Assembly: GCA_028707005.1 (NCBI GenBank)
Contig: JAQTVB010000001.1
Location: 755-64,754 of the forward strand
DNA: 64,000 bases
DNA from: Patescibacteria group bacterium
GTDB lineage: Bacteria > Patescibacteriota > Patescibacteriia > Patescibacteriales > GWC2-42-12
Direction of reading: 5' to 3'
Shown: piece after piece, positions 8,818 through 18,606 of the stretch
How the letters are laid out: each line of letters begins with the position of its first letter
Numbering within the stretch: the stretch's first letter is position 1
Notes under the pieces: generated by a model
The model's database searches: none
What the model saw: the letters and a program-made list of their open reading frames with translations, nothing else
Told to the model about the DNA's origin: nothing
Position numbers and translations under genes: made by a program

Positions 8818-9339
8818 TTAGCTGGCCTCGTCGTCCAGCGCCGACCTGGCATCCCCATCGTATAGCAGTTTTCGCAAACGATCGGCAACGGCTCTGGCCG
8901 TAACCATCTTCTCAAATGCCCTCACAAACTGTCGGTGGTTGCGTCTCCACTGGATTGCCTCTTGGTCTTGGCTTAACTCAGCGGCCAGATCACGATACTC
9001 AACATCAAGTTCCGCCACCTCTTTTAGCACTACCGACTCGTTCACCATGATGAATAGTTGTGACATCAATGGTAGTGGTTGCAACAGCCTGCGCAGGCGT
9101 TCAACAAGGGCTCTGGCTCTAATCATTCGCTCAAACTTCCGGACGAACTCTTGATGTTCCTCTCTCCATTGGATTACCTCCTGGTATTGGCTTAACTCAG
9201 TGGCCAGATCACGATACTCGGCATCAAGCTCCGCCACCTCTTGGCGCAATTTTTCCACGTCCGCCACCACGAATGGCTGTGATTCAATTGGTCGTGGTCC
9301 AAACATCAGCTCCAACTCTGCTTCTGTAATTGCAATCAT
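8818..9339 (-). CDS. Hypothetical GC-rich coiled-coil protein made of two tandem ~55-aa repeats (VAELDAEYRDLATELSQYQEVIQWREEHQEFVRKFERMIRARALVERLRRLL / VAELDVEYRDLAAELSQDQEAIQWRRNHRQFVRAFEKMVTARAVADRLRKLL), inserted between rplD and rplC
   Basis: Single uninterrupted ORF; internal duplication seen directly in translation; GC roughly 55% versus about 40% in flanking genes. Confidence 0.6.
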   Translation of the reverse strand: MIAITEAELELMFGPRPIESQPFVVADVEKLRQEVAELDAEYRDLATELSQYQEVIQWREEHQEFVRKFERMIRARALVERLRRLLQPLPLMSQLFIMVNESVVLKEVAELDVEYRDLAAELSQDQEAIQWRRNHRQFVRAFEKMVTARAVADRLRKLLYDGDARSALDDEAS

Positions 9340-9394
9340 TTCTGACCTCCATTTCTCTTATTTGTTTTTTCTGTTTTTTATTCTATTGAAAATT

Positions 9395-10186
9395 TTACTT
9401 TGTCTTCTCCGCGACTAACTCAACTTTACTCACAACTTCTTTTTTCTCTTCCGTCTTTGTTTCCACCGCGGTTTCAGTTTTCACTTCCGGATTTTTCTCT
9501 TTCGCCACTTCAGTTTTCGCGGCTACTTCAACTTTCGGCTGCGCAATTTTCAGCTCCCCTTCTCCCTGAATCATCACCACGCTATTTCTCGCGCCCGGGA
9601 CTGCGCCGCTTACATATAGAATATTATTCGCCTGATCAACTTGCACGATTTTTACGTTGCTGGTTGTCACCCGGTCATTGCCCATGCGGCCGGACATCCT
9701 TTTGCCCTTCAAAACGTGCTGGATGCCGCCCGCGCCGATGGAGCCGGAAGTTCTTACCTGATCTTTGGTGCCATGAGTTTGAAAATGTCCGCTCCAGCCG
9801 TGCCGTTTCACGCCGCCCTGAAAACCCTTGCCTTTGGAAGTGCCGATCACCTTAACCGTATCACCAACCGCGAAAGTGCTTACATCAATGACATCGCCTA
9901 TCTTCAAATTTTTCACTTCATCTCTGAATTCCCTTAAATATTTTAAATTTTTCTTTCCATCCTTTGAAACTTGGCCGGCTTTCTTCAAATGGCCGAGTTG
10001 CGGCTGGCTAATATTTTTTTCTTTTCTTAAGCCAAACCCAAGCTGAACGGAATTATATCCATCGGTTTTAACATTCTTCAGCTGCACTACCGGACAAGGG
10101 CCGGCCTGAACTTTGGTTACGGCCACCACATTTTCACCCTGCCAAACCTGCGTCATTTCTAATTTTTTTCCTATAATATACTTCAT
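9395..10186 (-). CDS. rplC: 50S ribosomal protein L3 with ~60 aa C-terminal K/E/T-rich extension
   Basis: MKYIIGKKLEMTQVWQGENVVAVTKVQAGPCPVVQLK and GTSKGKGFQGGVKRHGWSG L3 motifs. Confidence 0.95.
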   Translation of the reverse strand: MKYIIGKKLEMTQVWQGENVVAVTKVQAGPCPVVQLKNVKTDGYNSVQLGFGLRKEKNISQPQLGHLKKAGQVSKDGKKNLKYLREFRDEVKNLKIGDVIDVSTFAVGDTVKVIGTSKGKGFQGGVKRHGWSGHFQTHGTKDQVRTSGSIGAGGIQHVLKGKRMSGRMGNDRVTTSNVKIVQVDQANNILYVSGAVPGARNSVVMIQGEGELKIAQPKVEVAAKTEVAKEKNPEVKTETAVETKTEEKKEVVSKVELVAEKTK

Positions 10187-10341
10187 ACTAAAATATGCTT
10201 TTGCTTCTTTAAGTTATAAACTAAAACTAAATACAGGATATAATCCTAATACTACAAATGTTACACGAATACTACAAATATAATAATTTTGTAGTATTTG
10301 CATACTATTCGTAGTATTCGCATTTTAATATTCGTAGATAT

Positions 10342-10367
10342 AAAAAACTGGTCTTCAACAAAACCAG
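10342..10367 (-). terminator. Stem-loop (ctggtcttcaacaaaaccag) followed by T-run on minus strand inside the 384-bp rpsJ-rplC spacer; intrinsic terminator or attenuator
   Basis: Hairpin plus A6 on plus strand (T6 on minus). Confidence 0.5.
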
Positions 10368-10570
10368 CTTAAGCCGCCCATGGCGGTTCAATTCTCTAGA
10401 CTTAATGGAATTTTAGCTGTTTTATTGGATTTACCTCGTTTTTATATCAACCATTATTCAAGCACTTTCCCGCAGGAGTTGCTTAAACAATCGTTAATAT
10501 TATCTAAAAAACATTCTAACTGATAATTAAATCTGTGTCAATCTGTCCAATCTATGTTCAATTTGTGCCC

Positions 10571-10948
10571 TTACATCTTAATCTCAATATCCACGCCAGC
10601 CGGCAGCCCCAGATTAGTCAACGACTCGATAGTCTTGGCCGTGGGTTCAATAATATCTACCAGCCTCTTATGAATTCTGATTTCATATTGATCCCGGGAA
10701 TCTTTATGCACAAAAGTAGAGCTATTGACTGTGTACTTTTTCTTTTCCGTCGGCAAAGGTATGGGTCCGTAAATCTGCGCTCCGGTCCGCTCGGCCGTGT
10801 CAATAATAGTCTTGGTTGATTGGTCAATAATCTTGTGATCAAAAGCCTTAATCTTAATGCGGATCCTTTGCTTAGACTCCTCATTAGCTTTTATCTCTTC
10901 TTTCGCCTTATCGTCTCTAATGGACTTTTTGTCTTTAGCTTCGGTCAT
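10571..10948 (-). CDS. rpsJ: 30S ribosomal protein S10 with ~25 aa N-terminal extension
   Basis: [42 protein letters not shown]10 core. Confidence 0.95.
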   Translation of the reverse strand: MTEAKDKKSIRDDKAKEEIKANEESKQRIRIKIKAFDHKIIDQSTKTIIDTAERTGAQIYGPIPLPTEKKKYTVNSSTFVHKDSRDQYEIRIHKRLVDIIEPTAKTIESLTNLGLPAGVDIEIKM

Positions 10949-11090
10949 GTAAAATAATTAATTCAAATCTACAAATGATATGCCAATCTACAAATATTTG
11001 TAGATTAGGATTATGTTTGTAGATTAGGATTATGTTTAAATAAGAACAAATTTGCCCCGCCGTTTAGTTACGGCAGGGCCGTATCTGCCA

Positions 11091-12278
11091 TTATTTAATA
11101 ATCTTAGTGACTACTCCAGCGCCCACGGTTTTGCCGCCTTCGCGAATAGCGAATCTCATCTTTTCTTCCAGAGCTACTTGGGCGATTAATTTAATCTTTA
11201 AATTAACCGTATCGCCGGGCATGACCATTTCCGTGCCGGCCGGCAATTCAACTTCGCCGGTGACATCGGTGGTGCGGATATAGAATTGCGGCTTATAGCC
11301 TTTGAAAAACGGCTTGTGGCGGCCGCCTTCTTCTTTGGTTAAGACGAAAACTTCGCCTTCAAATTCAGAATGAGGATGAACCGTGCCCGGTTTGGCCAAA
11401 ACCTGGCCTCTTTCCACTTCATCTTTTTTGGTGCCGCGTAAAAGCAAACCGGCGTTATCGCCAGCTTGGCCCTGATCCAATGATTTATTGAACATTTCAA
11501 TGCCGGTGATAACGGTCTTTTGCGTATCCCTTAAACCGATAATTTCCACTTCATCGTTTAATTTGATGGTGCCTCTCTCAATTCTGCCGGTCACGACTGT
11601 GCCGCGGCCTTCAATTGAGAAAATGTCTTCAACCGGCATCAAGAACGGCTTATCGGTTTCGCGCTTGGGTTCGGGGATATATTCATCCAAGGCTTTGGCC
11701 AAATCCAAAATGGCTTTGCCGTATTCCCCGTCCGGACTTTCCAGCGCCTTTAAAGCGCTGCCGCGGATAATCGGCGTGGTGTCGCCCGGGAATTCGTATT
11801 TCTTTAATAAATCGCGGATTTCTTCCTCAACCAAGTCAATTAATTCTTTATCTTCCACCATATCGCACTTGTTCAAGAAGACAATAATGTATGGTACGCC
11901 GACCTGTCTGGCCAAAAGAATGTGCTCTCTGGTTTGGGGCATGGGTCCGTCAGCGGCGGAAACCACTAAAATGGCTCCGTCCATTTGCGCCGCGCCGGTG
12001 ATCATGTTTTTAACATAGTCAGCATGGCCCGGGCAGTCCACGTGCGCATAGTGCCTTTTTTCAGTTTCATACTCAACGTGGCAAGTGGCGATAGTAATAC
12101 CGCGCGCCTTTTCTTCCGGCGCCGAGTCAATCTGGTCAACGCTTTTTTGGGTAGCCTTAAAACCCTTGTGATGCAATACCGTAAGCATTGCCGCGGTCAA
12201 GGTTGTTTTGCCATGATCCACATGGCCGATGGTTCCCACGTTAACATGGGGTTTTGAGCGATCAAATTTTTCTGCCAT
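11091..12278 (-). CDS. tuf: Elongation factor Tu
   Basis: [27 protein letters not shown] GTPase motifs; 395 aa. Confidence 0.98.
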   Translation of the reverse strand: MAEKFDRSKPHVNVGTIGHVDHGKTTLTAAMLTVLHHKGFKATQKSVDQIDSAPEEKARGITIATCHVEYETEKRHYAHVDCPGHADYVKNMITGAAQMDGAILVVSAADGPMPQTREHILLARQVGVPYIIVFLNKCDMVEDKELIDLVEEEIRDLLKKYEFPGDTTPIIRGSALKALESPDGEYGKAILDLAKALDEYIPEPKRETDKPFLMPVEDIFSIEGRGTVVTGRIERGTIKLNDEVEIIGLRDTQKTVITGIEMFNKSLDQGQAGDNAGLLLRGTKKDEVERGQVLAKPGTVHPHSEFEGEVFVLTKEEGGRHKPFFKGYKPQFYIRTTDVTGEVELPAGTEMVMPGDTVNLKIKLIAQVALEEKMRFAIREGGKTVGAGVVTKIIK

Positions 12279-12310
12279 ATTATATTGTCTTAACGGCCCC
12301 CAACATCACC

Positions 12311-12339
12311 TTGTCATTCCCGCGAAAGCGGGAATCCAG
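12311..12339. repeat. Partial copy of the MITE-like repeat (ttgtcattcccgcgaaagcgggaatccag)
   Basis: Identical 29-mer to the left end of element 12581-12700. Confidence 0.6.
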
Positions 12340-12420
12340 AAATTTTGGGGTTATCGCCCGATAATTTAAAAGGTGGGCGTCCAACCGTCTATAATTAATT
12401 TTATTATGAATTTTATTAAG

Positions 12421-12449
12421 GACACGATACGACAAGCTTGCATCGTGTT
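12421..12449 (-). terminator. Hairpin (cacgatgcaagcttgtcgtatcgtg) plus AT-rich tail immediately 3' of the tRNA-like element
   Basis: Inverted repeat read directly. Confidence 0.4.
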
Positions 12450-12527
12450 TGGAGCCCCCGATTGGAATCGAACCAATTACCTCGACCTCTTGCGAGGCCG
12501 CAGTCTAGCCATGTGACTTACGGGGGC
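12450..12527 (-). ncRNA. 78-nt tRNA-like element. It has a 7-bp acceptor stem, U8, D-arm with G18G19, T-arm GGTTCGATTCC, discriminator and encoded CCA. The anticodon arm is replaced by a 6-bp stem capped by a GCAA tetraloop (GGCCTC-GCAA-GAGGTC); no 7-nt anticodon loop can be folded.
   Basis: Manual folding of GCCCCCGTAAGTCACATGGCTAGACTGCGGCCTCGCAAGAGGTCGAGGTAATTGGTTCGATTCCAATCGGGGGCTCCA. Confidence 0.45.
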
Positions 12528-12580
12528 GCCAAAAATTTTAAAAGTACATCTCCTTAACGAAATGCACAATCCTTATTTCT

Positions 12581-12700
12581 TTGTCATTCCCGCGAAAGCG
12601 GGAATCCAGGAGGGAGCGGCAGGAATGCGGCCGTTATGATAACATGTTCATGCCTCGCTCTCCTGGATTCCCGACAGCCTGCGGCTTCGGGAATGACAAC
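12581..12700. mobile_element. Full-length 120-bp MITE-like element: TIR ttgtcattcccg / cgggaatgacaa, internal hairpins (tcccgcgaaagcggga; ccaggagag...ctctcctgg)
   Basis: Perfect 12-bp terminal inverted repeats; member of dispersed family. Confidence 0.6.
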
Positions 12701-12706
12701 ATATAA

Positions 12707-13114
12707 TTAAAACGCCAAATCTTCCAGATACTGCCGGTCTTCTTCAATAATTTCTTCGGCGTTAACCTTTCTCTTTGGCGGAATTGACCAGCTTTTATTA
12801 AATTTTCTTATCATTTTCTCCCGCGCTTCTTCTTTATCTTCTTTAACCGGCAGCTCGGAAAAATAATCCAGGCTGGTGTCAAAATCTTTATCTTCAACTT
12901 GTTCGCTTTTCCAGATGGCAATATCGCGATTTATTTTATCAAGTAGCTCATCTTCTGTCAAGCCCCTAACCTCGCTTTTGCCTAAAACCAAGTTTTCATA
13001 ATCTTTCACCGACATGATTACAAAAGCGTTGTCCGGCTTGGAGCTGTCGAAAACAATTAATTTATCGCCGGTTTTTTTTACCAAATTAATCGCTTTTTGC
13101 AATTGATCCTGCAT
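12707..13114 (-). CDS. Hypothetical acidic protein (135 aa)
   Basis: Uninterrupted ORF with typical codon usage; no recognisable motif. Confidence 0.5.
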   Translation of the reverse strand: MQDQLQKAINLVKKTGDKLIVFDSSKPDNAFVIMSVKDYENLVLGKSEVRGLTEDELLDKINRDIAIWKSEQVEDKDFDTSLDYFSELPVKEDKEEAREKMIRKFNKSWSIPPKRKVNAEEIIEEDRQYLEDLAF

Positions 13115-13292
13115 AACAATACGAATTACGAATTTATTACGAATTTACGAAAATTTAATATCGCTCACTCTAATGATTCGTATTTACATTATATTTTCTC
13201 TGGACTAAAAAGTCAAACACTGGACAAATTCCTGATAGAAAGAAACTTGACTTTTATATTCGTAAATTTGTAACTGATTCGTAATTCGTATG

Positions 13293-15374
13293 CTATTTTT
13301 TCTCTTTTTCCCCGATAATCTCTTCCGCCACGTTTCTCGGCACTTCGGCGTAATAGCCGAATTCCATGGTATAGCTGGCGCGGCCCTGGGTCATTGATCT
13401 GATCTGGGTGGCGTAACCGAACATTTCCGACAGCGGCACTTTTGCTTTGATGAATTTAACTACGCCGCGATCACCCATTTCTTCAATCTGCGCCCGTTTG
13501 GAATTCAGGTCGCCGATAACTTCGCCCATGAACTCCTCCGGGGTAACGGTTTCAACTTTCATAATCGGCTCTAAAATTACGGGCGAGGCGTGCTTGGCGG
13601 CGTCCTGGAAAGCCAGGGAGCCGGCGATTTTAAAAGCGGCTTCCGAAGAATCAACTTCATGGAAAGAGCCGTCAAAAACCGCGGCCTTGACATCCACGAT
13701 CGGATAGCCGGCTAGAATGCCCCGGCTCAAAGCTTCTTTCACGCCTTTTTCAATCGCCGGAATAAATTCGCGAGGAATTACGCCGCCTTTTACTTCATCA
13801 ATAAACTCAAAGCCCTTGCCCGTTTCATTGGGTTCAACTCTTAACCAGCAGTGGCCGTATTGGCCATGGCCGCCCGACTGCCTGATATATTTTCCTTCGG
13901 CTTCGGCTGATTTTTTGACGGTTTCGCGATAAGCTACCTGCGGCTTGCCCACGTTAGCTTCCACTTTAAACTCGCGCCTCATCCGGTCAACAATAATATC
14001 CAAATGAAGCTCGCCCATGCCGCCGATAATCGTCTGCATGGTTTCTTCGTCGCTTCTCACGCTAAAGGTTGGGTCCTCCTCCGCCAATTTAGCCAAAGCC
14101 ATACCCATTTTTTCCTGATCAGCTTTGGTTTTGGGCTCAATGGCAATATGAATAACCGGTTCGGGAAAGACAATTGACTCTAAAACCACCGGCCGAGTTT
14201 CCACGCATAAAGTATTGCCCGTGGTCGTGCCTTTCAAGCCGATTACCGCCGCGATTTCACCGGCGTAGACTTCCTGGACTTCTTCCCGGTGATTGGCGTG
14301 CATTCTTACGATGCGGCCGATTCTCTCTTTCTTGCCGGTAGAAGTATTTAAAACATAGGAACCGGAATTTAAAACGCCACTGTAAACTCTGATAAAACAA
14401 AGCTTGCCCACGTAAGGATCGGTGGCGATTTTAAAAGCCAAGGCCGCGAACGGCTCCGCGTCCGACGGCTTGACTTCAACAATTTTTTCTTTATCATCCG
14501 GATCAAAACCGGTGATAGCCGGCACATCTAACGGCGACGGCAAATAATCAACCACGCCGTCCAAAACGGCCTGGACGCCCTTATTCTTCAAAGCGCTGCC
14601 GCAAAAAACCGGCACGATTTTATTATGTATCACCGCTTGGCGCAAAACCTTTTTCAAATCTTCAATTTTAATTTCTTCGCCGGCTAAATATTTATTCATT
14701 AAAACTTCGTCATTTTCGGCAATCGCTTCAACCAGTTTGGCCCGAAAGTCTTCCACTTTTTCTTTCATCTCGGCCGGCACCTCTCTATCTTCCCATTTCG
14801 TGCCCAAGTCGTCTAAAAAAAACCGCGCTTTTCTTTCCAATAAATCTATCATGCCCTTAAACTGGTCTTCGGCGCCGATCGGCAACTGCACCGGATAGGC
14901 ATGTTTAGTAAGCCTTTTATGGATTGATTCCAAGTCTTTATAAAAATCGGCTCCGGTGCGGTCCATTTTATTGATAAAAGCCAGGCGCGGCACTTTGTAT
15001 TTGTCCGCCTGATGCCAAACGGTTTCCGATTGCGGCTCAACGCCGGCCACGCCGTCAAAGACGACCACGCCGCCATCCAAGACGCGCAATGAACGCTCCA
15101 CTTCGGCGGTAAAATCCACATGGCCAGGAGTGTCAATCAGGTTGATGCGGCAGTCTTTCCAAAAGCAAGTCGTGGCCGCGGAAGTAATAGTGATGCCGCG
15201 CTCGCGCTCCTGCTCCATCCAATCCAAATCGGTTGAACCTTCATGCACTTCGCCGATCTTATGTTTTTTGCCGGTATAAAAAAGAATCCGCTCGCTGGTA
15301 GTGGTCTTGCCGGCGTCAATATGCGCGATCACGCCGATATTCCTGGTTTTTTCCAAACTATATTCTCGGGGCAT
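13293..15374 (-). CDS. fusA: Elongation factor G
   Basis: [33 protein letters not shown]; 693 aa. Confidence 0.98.
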   Translation of the reverse strand: MPREYSLEKTRNIGVIAHIDAGKTTTSERILFYTGKKHKIGEVHEGSTDLDWMEQERERGITITSAATTCFWKDCRINLIDTPGHVDFTAEVERSLRVLDGGVVVFDGVAGVEPQSETVWHQADKYKVPRLAFINKMDRTGADFYKDLESIHKRLTKHAYPVQLPIGAEDQFKGMIDLLERKARFFLDDLGTKWEDREVPAEMKEKVEDFRAKLVEAIAENDEVLMNKYLAGEEIKIEDLKKVLRQAVIHNKIVPVFCGSALKNKGVQAVLDGVVDYLPSPLDVPAITGFDPDDKEKIVEVKPSDAEPFAALAFKIATDPYVGKLCFIRVYSGVLNSGSYVLNTSTGKKERIGRIVRMHANHREEVQEVYAGEIAAVIGLKGTTTGNTLCVETRPVVLESIVFPEPVIHIAIEPKTKADQEKMGMALAKLAEEDPTFSVRSDEETMQTIIGGMGELHLDIIVDRMRREFKVEANVGKPQVAYRETVKKSAEAEGKYIRQSGGHGQYGHCWLRVEPNETGKGFEFIDEVKGGVIPREFIPAIEKGVKEALSRGILAGYPIVDVKAAVFDGSFHEVDSSEAAFKIAGSLAFQDAAKHASPVILEPIMKVETVTPEEFMGEVIGDLNSKRAQIEEMGDRGVVKFIKAKVPLSEMFGYATQIRSMTQGRASYTMEFGYYAEVPRNVAEEIIGEKEKK

Positions 15375-15446
15375 AGAGTAAAAATTTTTAATTTTGTAAT
15401 TTTTAATTTTTAAACAATTTTCAATGATTTAATTTTCAAAAAATTT

Positions 15447-15881
15447 TTAGCCCCGAAATTCTCTTCGCACATTTTCATCTAATCGACTAATAAAACCGCT
15501 TCTATTTTCAGGCCGTATATCTGCAATTAATCTTTTTAAAAATGGGACATCTTTTTTTATTCTATCGGAAGCATATTGTATAGCGTAAGGATCGCCTCCA
15601 AGACCGTCCGTTCCCTTAGAGCACGCGCTAAAAACAACATCTTCATCGTCTCGTAAACTATTAGACGCAAATCTTAAATACTCGCCATTGTGTAATCTCA
15701 AAAAAGCCTTCATAAAATCTTTGTCGTTTACCAAGGTCGGATCACCTTGCTCAACTAGCTCAGCTAATTGAGTAAGTTCTTCATTATTCATTTCTCTTCC
15801 TGATTTATGTGCAGCAAGAATATGTCTTCTTAAAGTTAACGCTTCATTTTCGTTTGGTTGTCGCGGGATTTGTTCTGGCAT
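15447..15881 (-). CDS. Hypothetical protein with DUF4116-like repeats (NGEYLRFASNSLRDDEDVV; DPYAIQYASDRIKKDVPFL), inserted between rpsG and fusA
   Basis: ORF; repeat pattern xNGxxLxYASxxLRxDxE recalled from DUF4116 family. Confidence 0.45.
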   Translation of the reverse strand: MPEQIPRQPNENEALTLRRHILAAHKSGREMNNEELTQLAELVEQGDPTLVNDKDFMKAFLRLHNGEYLRFASNSLRDDEDVVFSACSKGTDGLGGDPYAIQYASDRIKKDVPFLKRLIADIRPENRSGFISRLDENVRREFRG

Positions 15882-15979
15882 TTTTTATAAACAATAACTC
15901 AATTTCTCTTTTCAAAATTGAAAATTGAGAATTGAAAATTGTTTAAAAATTAAAAATTACAAAATTAAAAATTACTGTA

Positions 15980-16456
15980 TTATCTCGCGAAGTGCGCGAA
16001 CGCCTTGTTGGCTTCGGCCATGCGGTGCACTTCGGCGCGCTTCTTCACGGCCGTACCCTCGCCCTTGGCCGCGTCCATAATCTCGGCCGCCAGCTTTTCC
16101 GCCATGGGTTTTCCCTTGCGGGCCCGGGCCGCTTCAATCAGCCAGCGGCAGCCTAAAGCAAAACGCCGTTCGCCTCTAACCTGAAAAGGAATCTGGTAAT
16201 TGGCTCCGCCGACGCGCCGGCCGCGGATTTCCAAAAGCGGACTAACCTGCTTTAAAGCTTTATTAAAAACGTGCCTGGGATCCTGCTTGGTCATTTCTTT
16301 TACAATATCAAAACAGCTGTAGACGATTTTTTGCGCCACGGATTTTTTACCGCGCTCCATGATGTAATTAATAAATTTAGCGATATCCAAATCGTTGAAT
16401 CTCGCCTCCGGCAAAATTTTTCTTTTGCTTACTGCTTTTCCTCTCATATTGGTCAA
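15980..16456 (-). CDS. rpsG: 30S ribosomal protein S7
   Basis: KRAEVHRMAEANKAFAHFAR C-terminus and overall S7 pattern. Confidence 0.95.
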   Translation of the reverse strand: MTNMRGKAVSKRKILPEARFNDLDIAKFINYIMERGKKSVAQKIVYSCFDIVKEMTKQDPRHVFNKALKQVSPLLEIRGRRVGGANYQIPFQVRGERRFALGCRWLIEAARARKGKPMAEKLAAEIMDAAKGEGTAVKKRAEVHRMAEANKAFAHFAR

Positions 16457-16518
16457 TTAAGAATTACGAATTATCAATTACGAATTAAAATTCGTAATTC
16501 GTAATTTTTAATTGTTAA

Positions 16519-16938
16519 TTATTTTTTTGGTCTTTTTGCTCCGTAGCTTGACCGGCTCTGCATGCGGCCTTCCACGCCCAAAGTATCATAAACGCCGCGG
16601 ACAATCTTATACCTTACGCCCGGCAAATCCTTGGTGCGGCCGCCTTTAATTAAAACGATGGAGTGTTCCTGCAAGTTATGGCCTTCGCCCGGGATATAAG
16701 CGGTTACTTCCATGCCGTTGGATAATCTTACGCGGGCGATTTTTCTTAAAGCCGAGTTAGGTTTCTTGGGCGTGGTGGTGGTTACCTTAACGCAAACGCC
16801 GCGCTTAAACGGCGCGCCTTTGGGCAATTCGGTTCTTTTCCTATGCAAAGTATCCAGCGTTGATTGCAGCGCCGGCGACTTGGTTTTGCTTTTGTTTGAA
16901 TGCCGCCCCTGGCGGACCAGCTGATTTATTGTGGGCAT
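16519..16938 (-). CDS. rpsL: 30S ribosomal protein S12
   Basis: [12 protein letters not shown]...[10 protein letters not shown]...[15 protein letters not shown] canonical S12. Confidence 0.97.
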   Translation of the reverse strand: MPTINQLVRQGRHSNKSKTKSPALQSTLDTLHRKRTELPKGAPFKRGVCVKVTTTTPKKPNSALRKIARVRLSNGMEVTAYIPGEGHNLQEHSIVLIKGGRTKDLPGVRYKIVRGVYDTLGVEGRMQSRSSYGAKRPKK

Positions 16939-17158
16939 ATGAAAAAATTTTTAATTTTATAATTTAATAATACGAATTACGAATCTGCTACGAATTTACG
17001 AATGAATATAATGCAAAACATAAACGAGGTAGATGGCGCGGTTATCAGTATTCGTAAATTCGTAATTCGCATCCCTTTAGTAAAAAAACAAACCCGTATA
17101 CGCGGGATATTTAAAAAACTAACGGCTTATTCTAATCTAACACAAGGTAAAAAAATGG

Positions 17159-17398
17159 TCAAGAGCGCTTATTGCTTACTTTCTTCTCCAATATTTCCAC
17201 TCGCCGTTGCAATTCTACTAGCTCAAATCGGTAAGCCACATTGTCTAGTTTTAGTTTAATTTCCTCCTGGCCTCGCTCTAAAGTATCTAACCGCTCTTCT
17301 GTGCGATTAAACCTCTTACTATGGCTATTTTCCGCTTCAGCAAAGCCAGTTTGCACCATAGCCGCCAAATCTTCAATTGTCACTTTTTTATTTTTCAT
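17159..17398 (-). CDS. Hypothetical small coiled-coil protein (79 aa)
   Basis: ORF with heptad-like charged pattern; no homolog recognised. Confidence 0.35.
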   Translation of the reverse strand: MKNKKVTIEDLAAMVQTGFAEAENSHSKRFNRTEERLDTLERGQEEIKLKLDNVAYRFELVELQRRVEILEKKVSNKRS

Positions 17399-17753
17399 AA
17401 GTATATTATAGCAAAACTTGATATTTATTCAAGGGCTCCGCTTCTTCTCAAACGGATAAAAACCCTAGCTGGTTATAAAGAAGGGCGACATAGAGTTCTT
17501 CTCGCAGTCGCCCTGGCCATTGGTTTTCGCTCGCTTGCGCAAGCGACCTCTCCCTGGCCGGGGAGAGCGGTGTTAATCGCCCTTAGTTCTGGTTCTGGGT
17601 GTTGTTAAAGGTGTTCATAGGCAGAAGTGCCGAATTGAACGTTGTGGTTGTGAGTTATACAACTAACCCGCCTCCCTTTTTCTCCGGGTCGTTGTCCATT
17701 ACTTATTATCTTATAACAAAACAAACCCCCTGTAAAGGAGTTGTGAGGTAGTA

Positions 17754-17819
17754 GATATGAGATATGAGATATGAGATACGAGCTACGAGCTGTGAGATGT
17801 GAGATATGAGCTGTGAGAT
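17754..17819. repeat. Tandem heptamer array (GAGATAT/GAGCTAC/GAGCTGT, about 9 units) immediately 3' of the M50 protease stop
   Basis: Direct reading of gatatgagatatgagatacgagctacgagctgtgagatgtgagatatgagctgtgagat. Confidence 0.8.
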
Positions 17820-17821
17820 TT

Positions 17822-18424
17822 TTACATGCCCACAATCAGCCTAAACAAAAAATTGATAAGCGGCACGATCAAAGAAAAGCCGAACAGCGCAAACAACAAA
17901 ACAAACATAAAGCCATAATGCTCAAGCTGCGATAATGTCCTTTGCCAGTCATAAGGCAAAAACGGCAAGAGCACTTTAGCGCCGTCCAAGGGCGGTATGG
18001 GCAGAAGATTAAATATCATCAGCACTAAATTTATTTGCACAATGGCGGCTATTAAGGAAGCCATGGCCAGGCTTAAGCCGGGGAAAAATCTTAAGACCAG
18101 CCCGAAAAACAAAGCGGTAATCAAATTGGCCAGCGGGCCGGCAACCGCTACTTTGGCGATGCCGTATTTCTGATCGCGCAAATTATACGGGTTGAAGGGC
18201 ACGGGTTTGGCATAACCAAAGGCTAAAGCGCCATTCGTGCCGAAAAATAAAAATAGCGGCATCAAAACAGAGCCCCACCAGTCAATGTGCGCCAGAGGAT
18301 TCAAAGTCAACCGGCCGGCATCGCGCGCCGTCGGATCGCCCAGCCTGTCCGCCATCCAGCCATGCATATATTCATGGATAACGGCGGAAAATAGAATAAT
18401 AATCAGAATATATATAATCGCCAT
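17822..18424 (-). CDS. Peptidase M50 family (site-2 protease-like) membrane metalloprotease
   Basis: HEYMH (HExxH) in a TM helix and downstream LDG motif; multiple TM segments. Confidence 0.8.
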   Translation of the reverse strand: MAIIYILIIILFSAVIHEYMHGWMADRLGDPTARDAGRLTLNPLAHIDWWGSVLMPLFLFFGTNGALAFGYAKPVPFNPYNLRDQKYGIAKVAVAGPLANLITALFFGLVLRFFPGLSLAMASLIAAIVQINLVLMIFNLLPIPPLDGAKVLLPFLPYDWQRTLSQLEHYGFMFVLLFALFGFSLIVPLINFLFRLIVGM

Positions 18425-18606
18425 AGTTTAAAACAATATAATATAAATCCTAAACCCCAATGACCAATCACCAATCAAGCTCTAAGTCTTAAATTCCAAT
18501 TTATATTTGGTCATTGTGAATTGAAAGTTGGGAATTGCATTTTAATTTTACCACTTCTTGCTTATTTTCACAAAACATGCTACCCTTTATTCATAATTCA
18601 TTACTT

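Noticed and set aside
12450-12527. tmRNA interpretation of the tRNA-like element
   Set aside because: The 5' acceptor strand is immediately adjacent, giving a compact 78-nt structure. There is no pseudoknot or tag-peptide region. tmRNA was also not found at 35700-35990 or 21539-22140, because those regions have no GGxTTCGAC 5' motif together with a T-arm and CCA 3' end.
16957-17259. ORF 17002..17259 (+)
   Set aside because: Overlaps the more plausible minus-strand small ORF and spacer repeats; no protein-like features.
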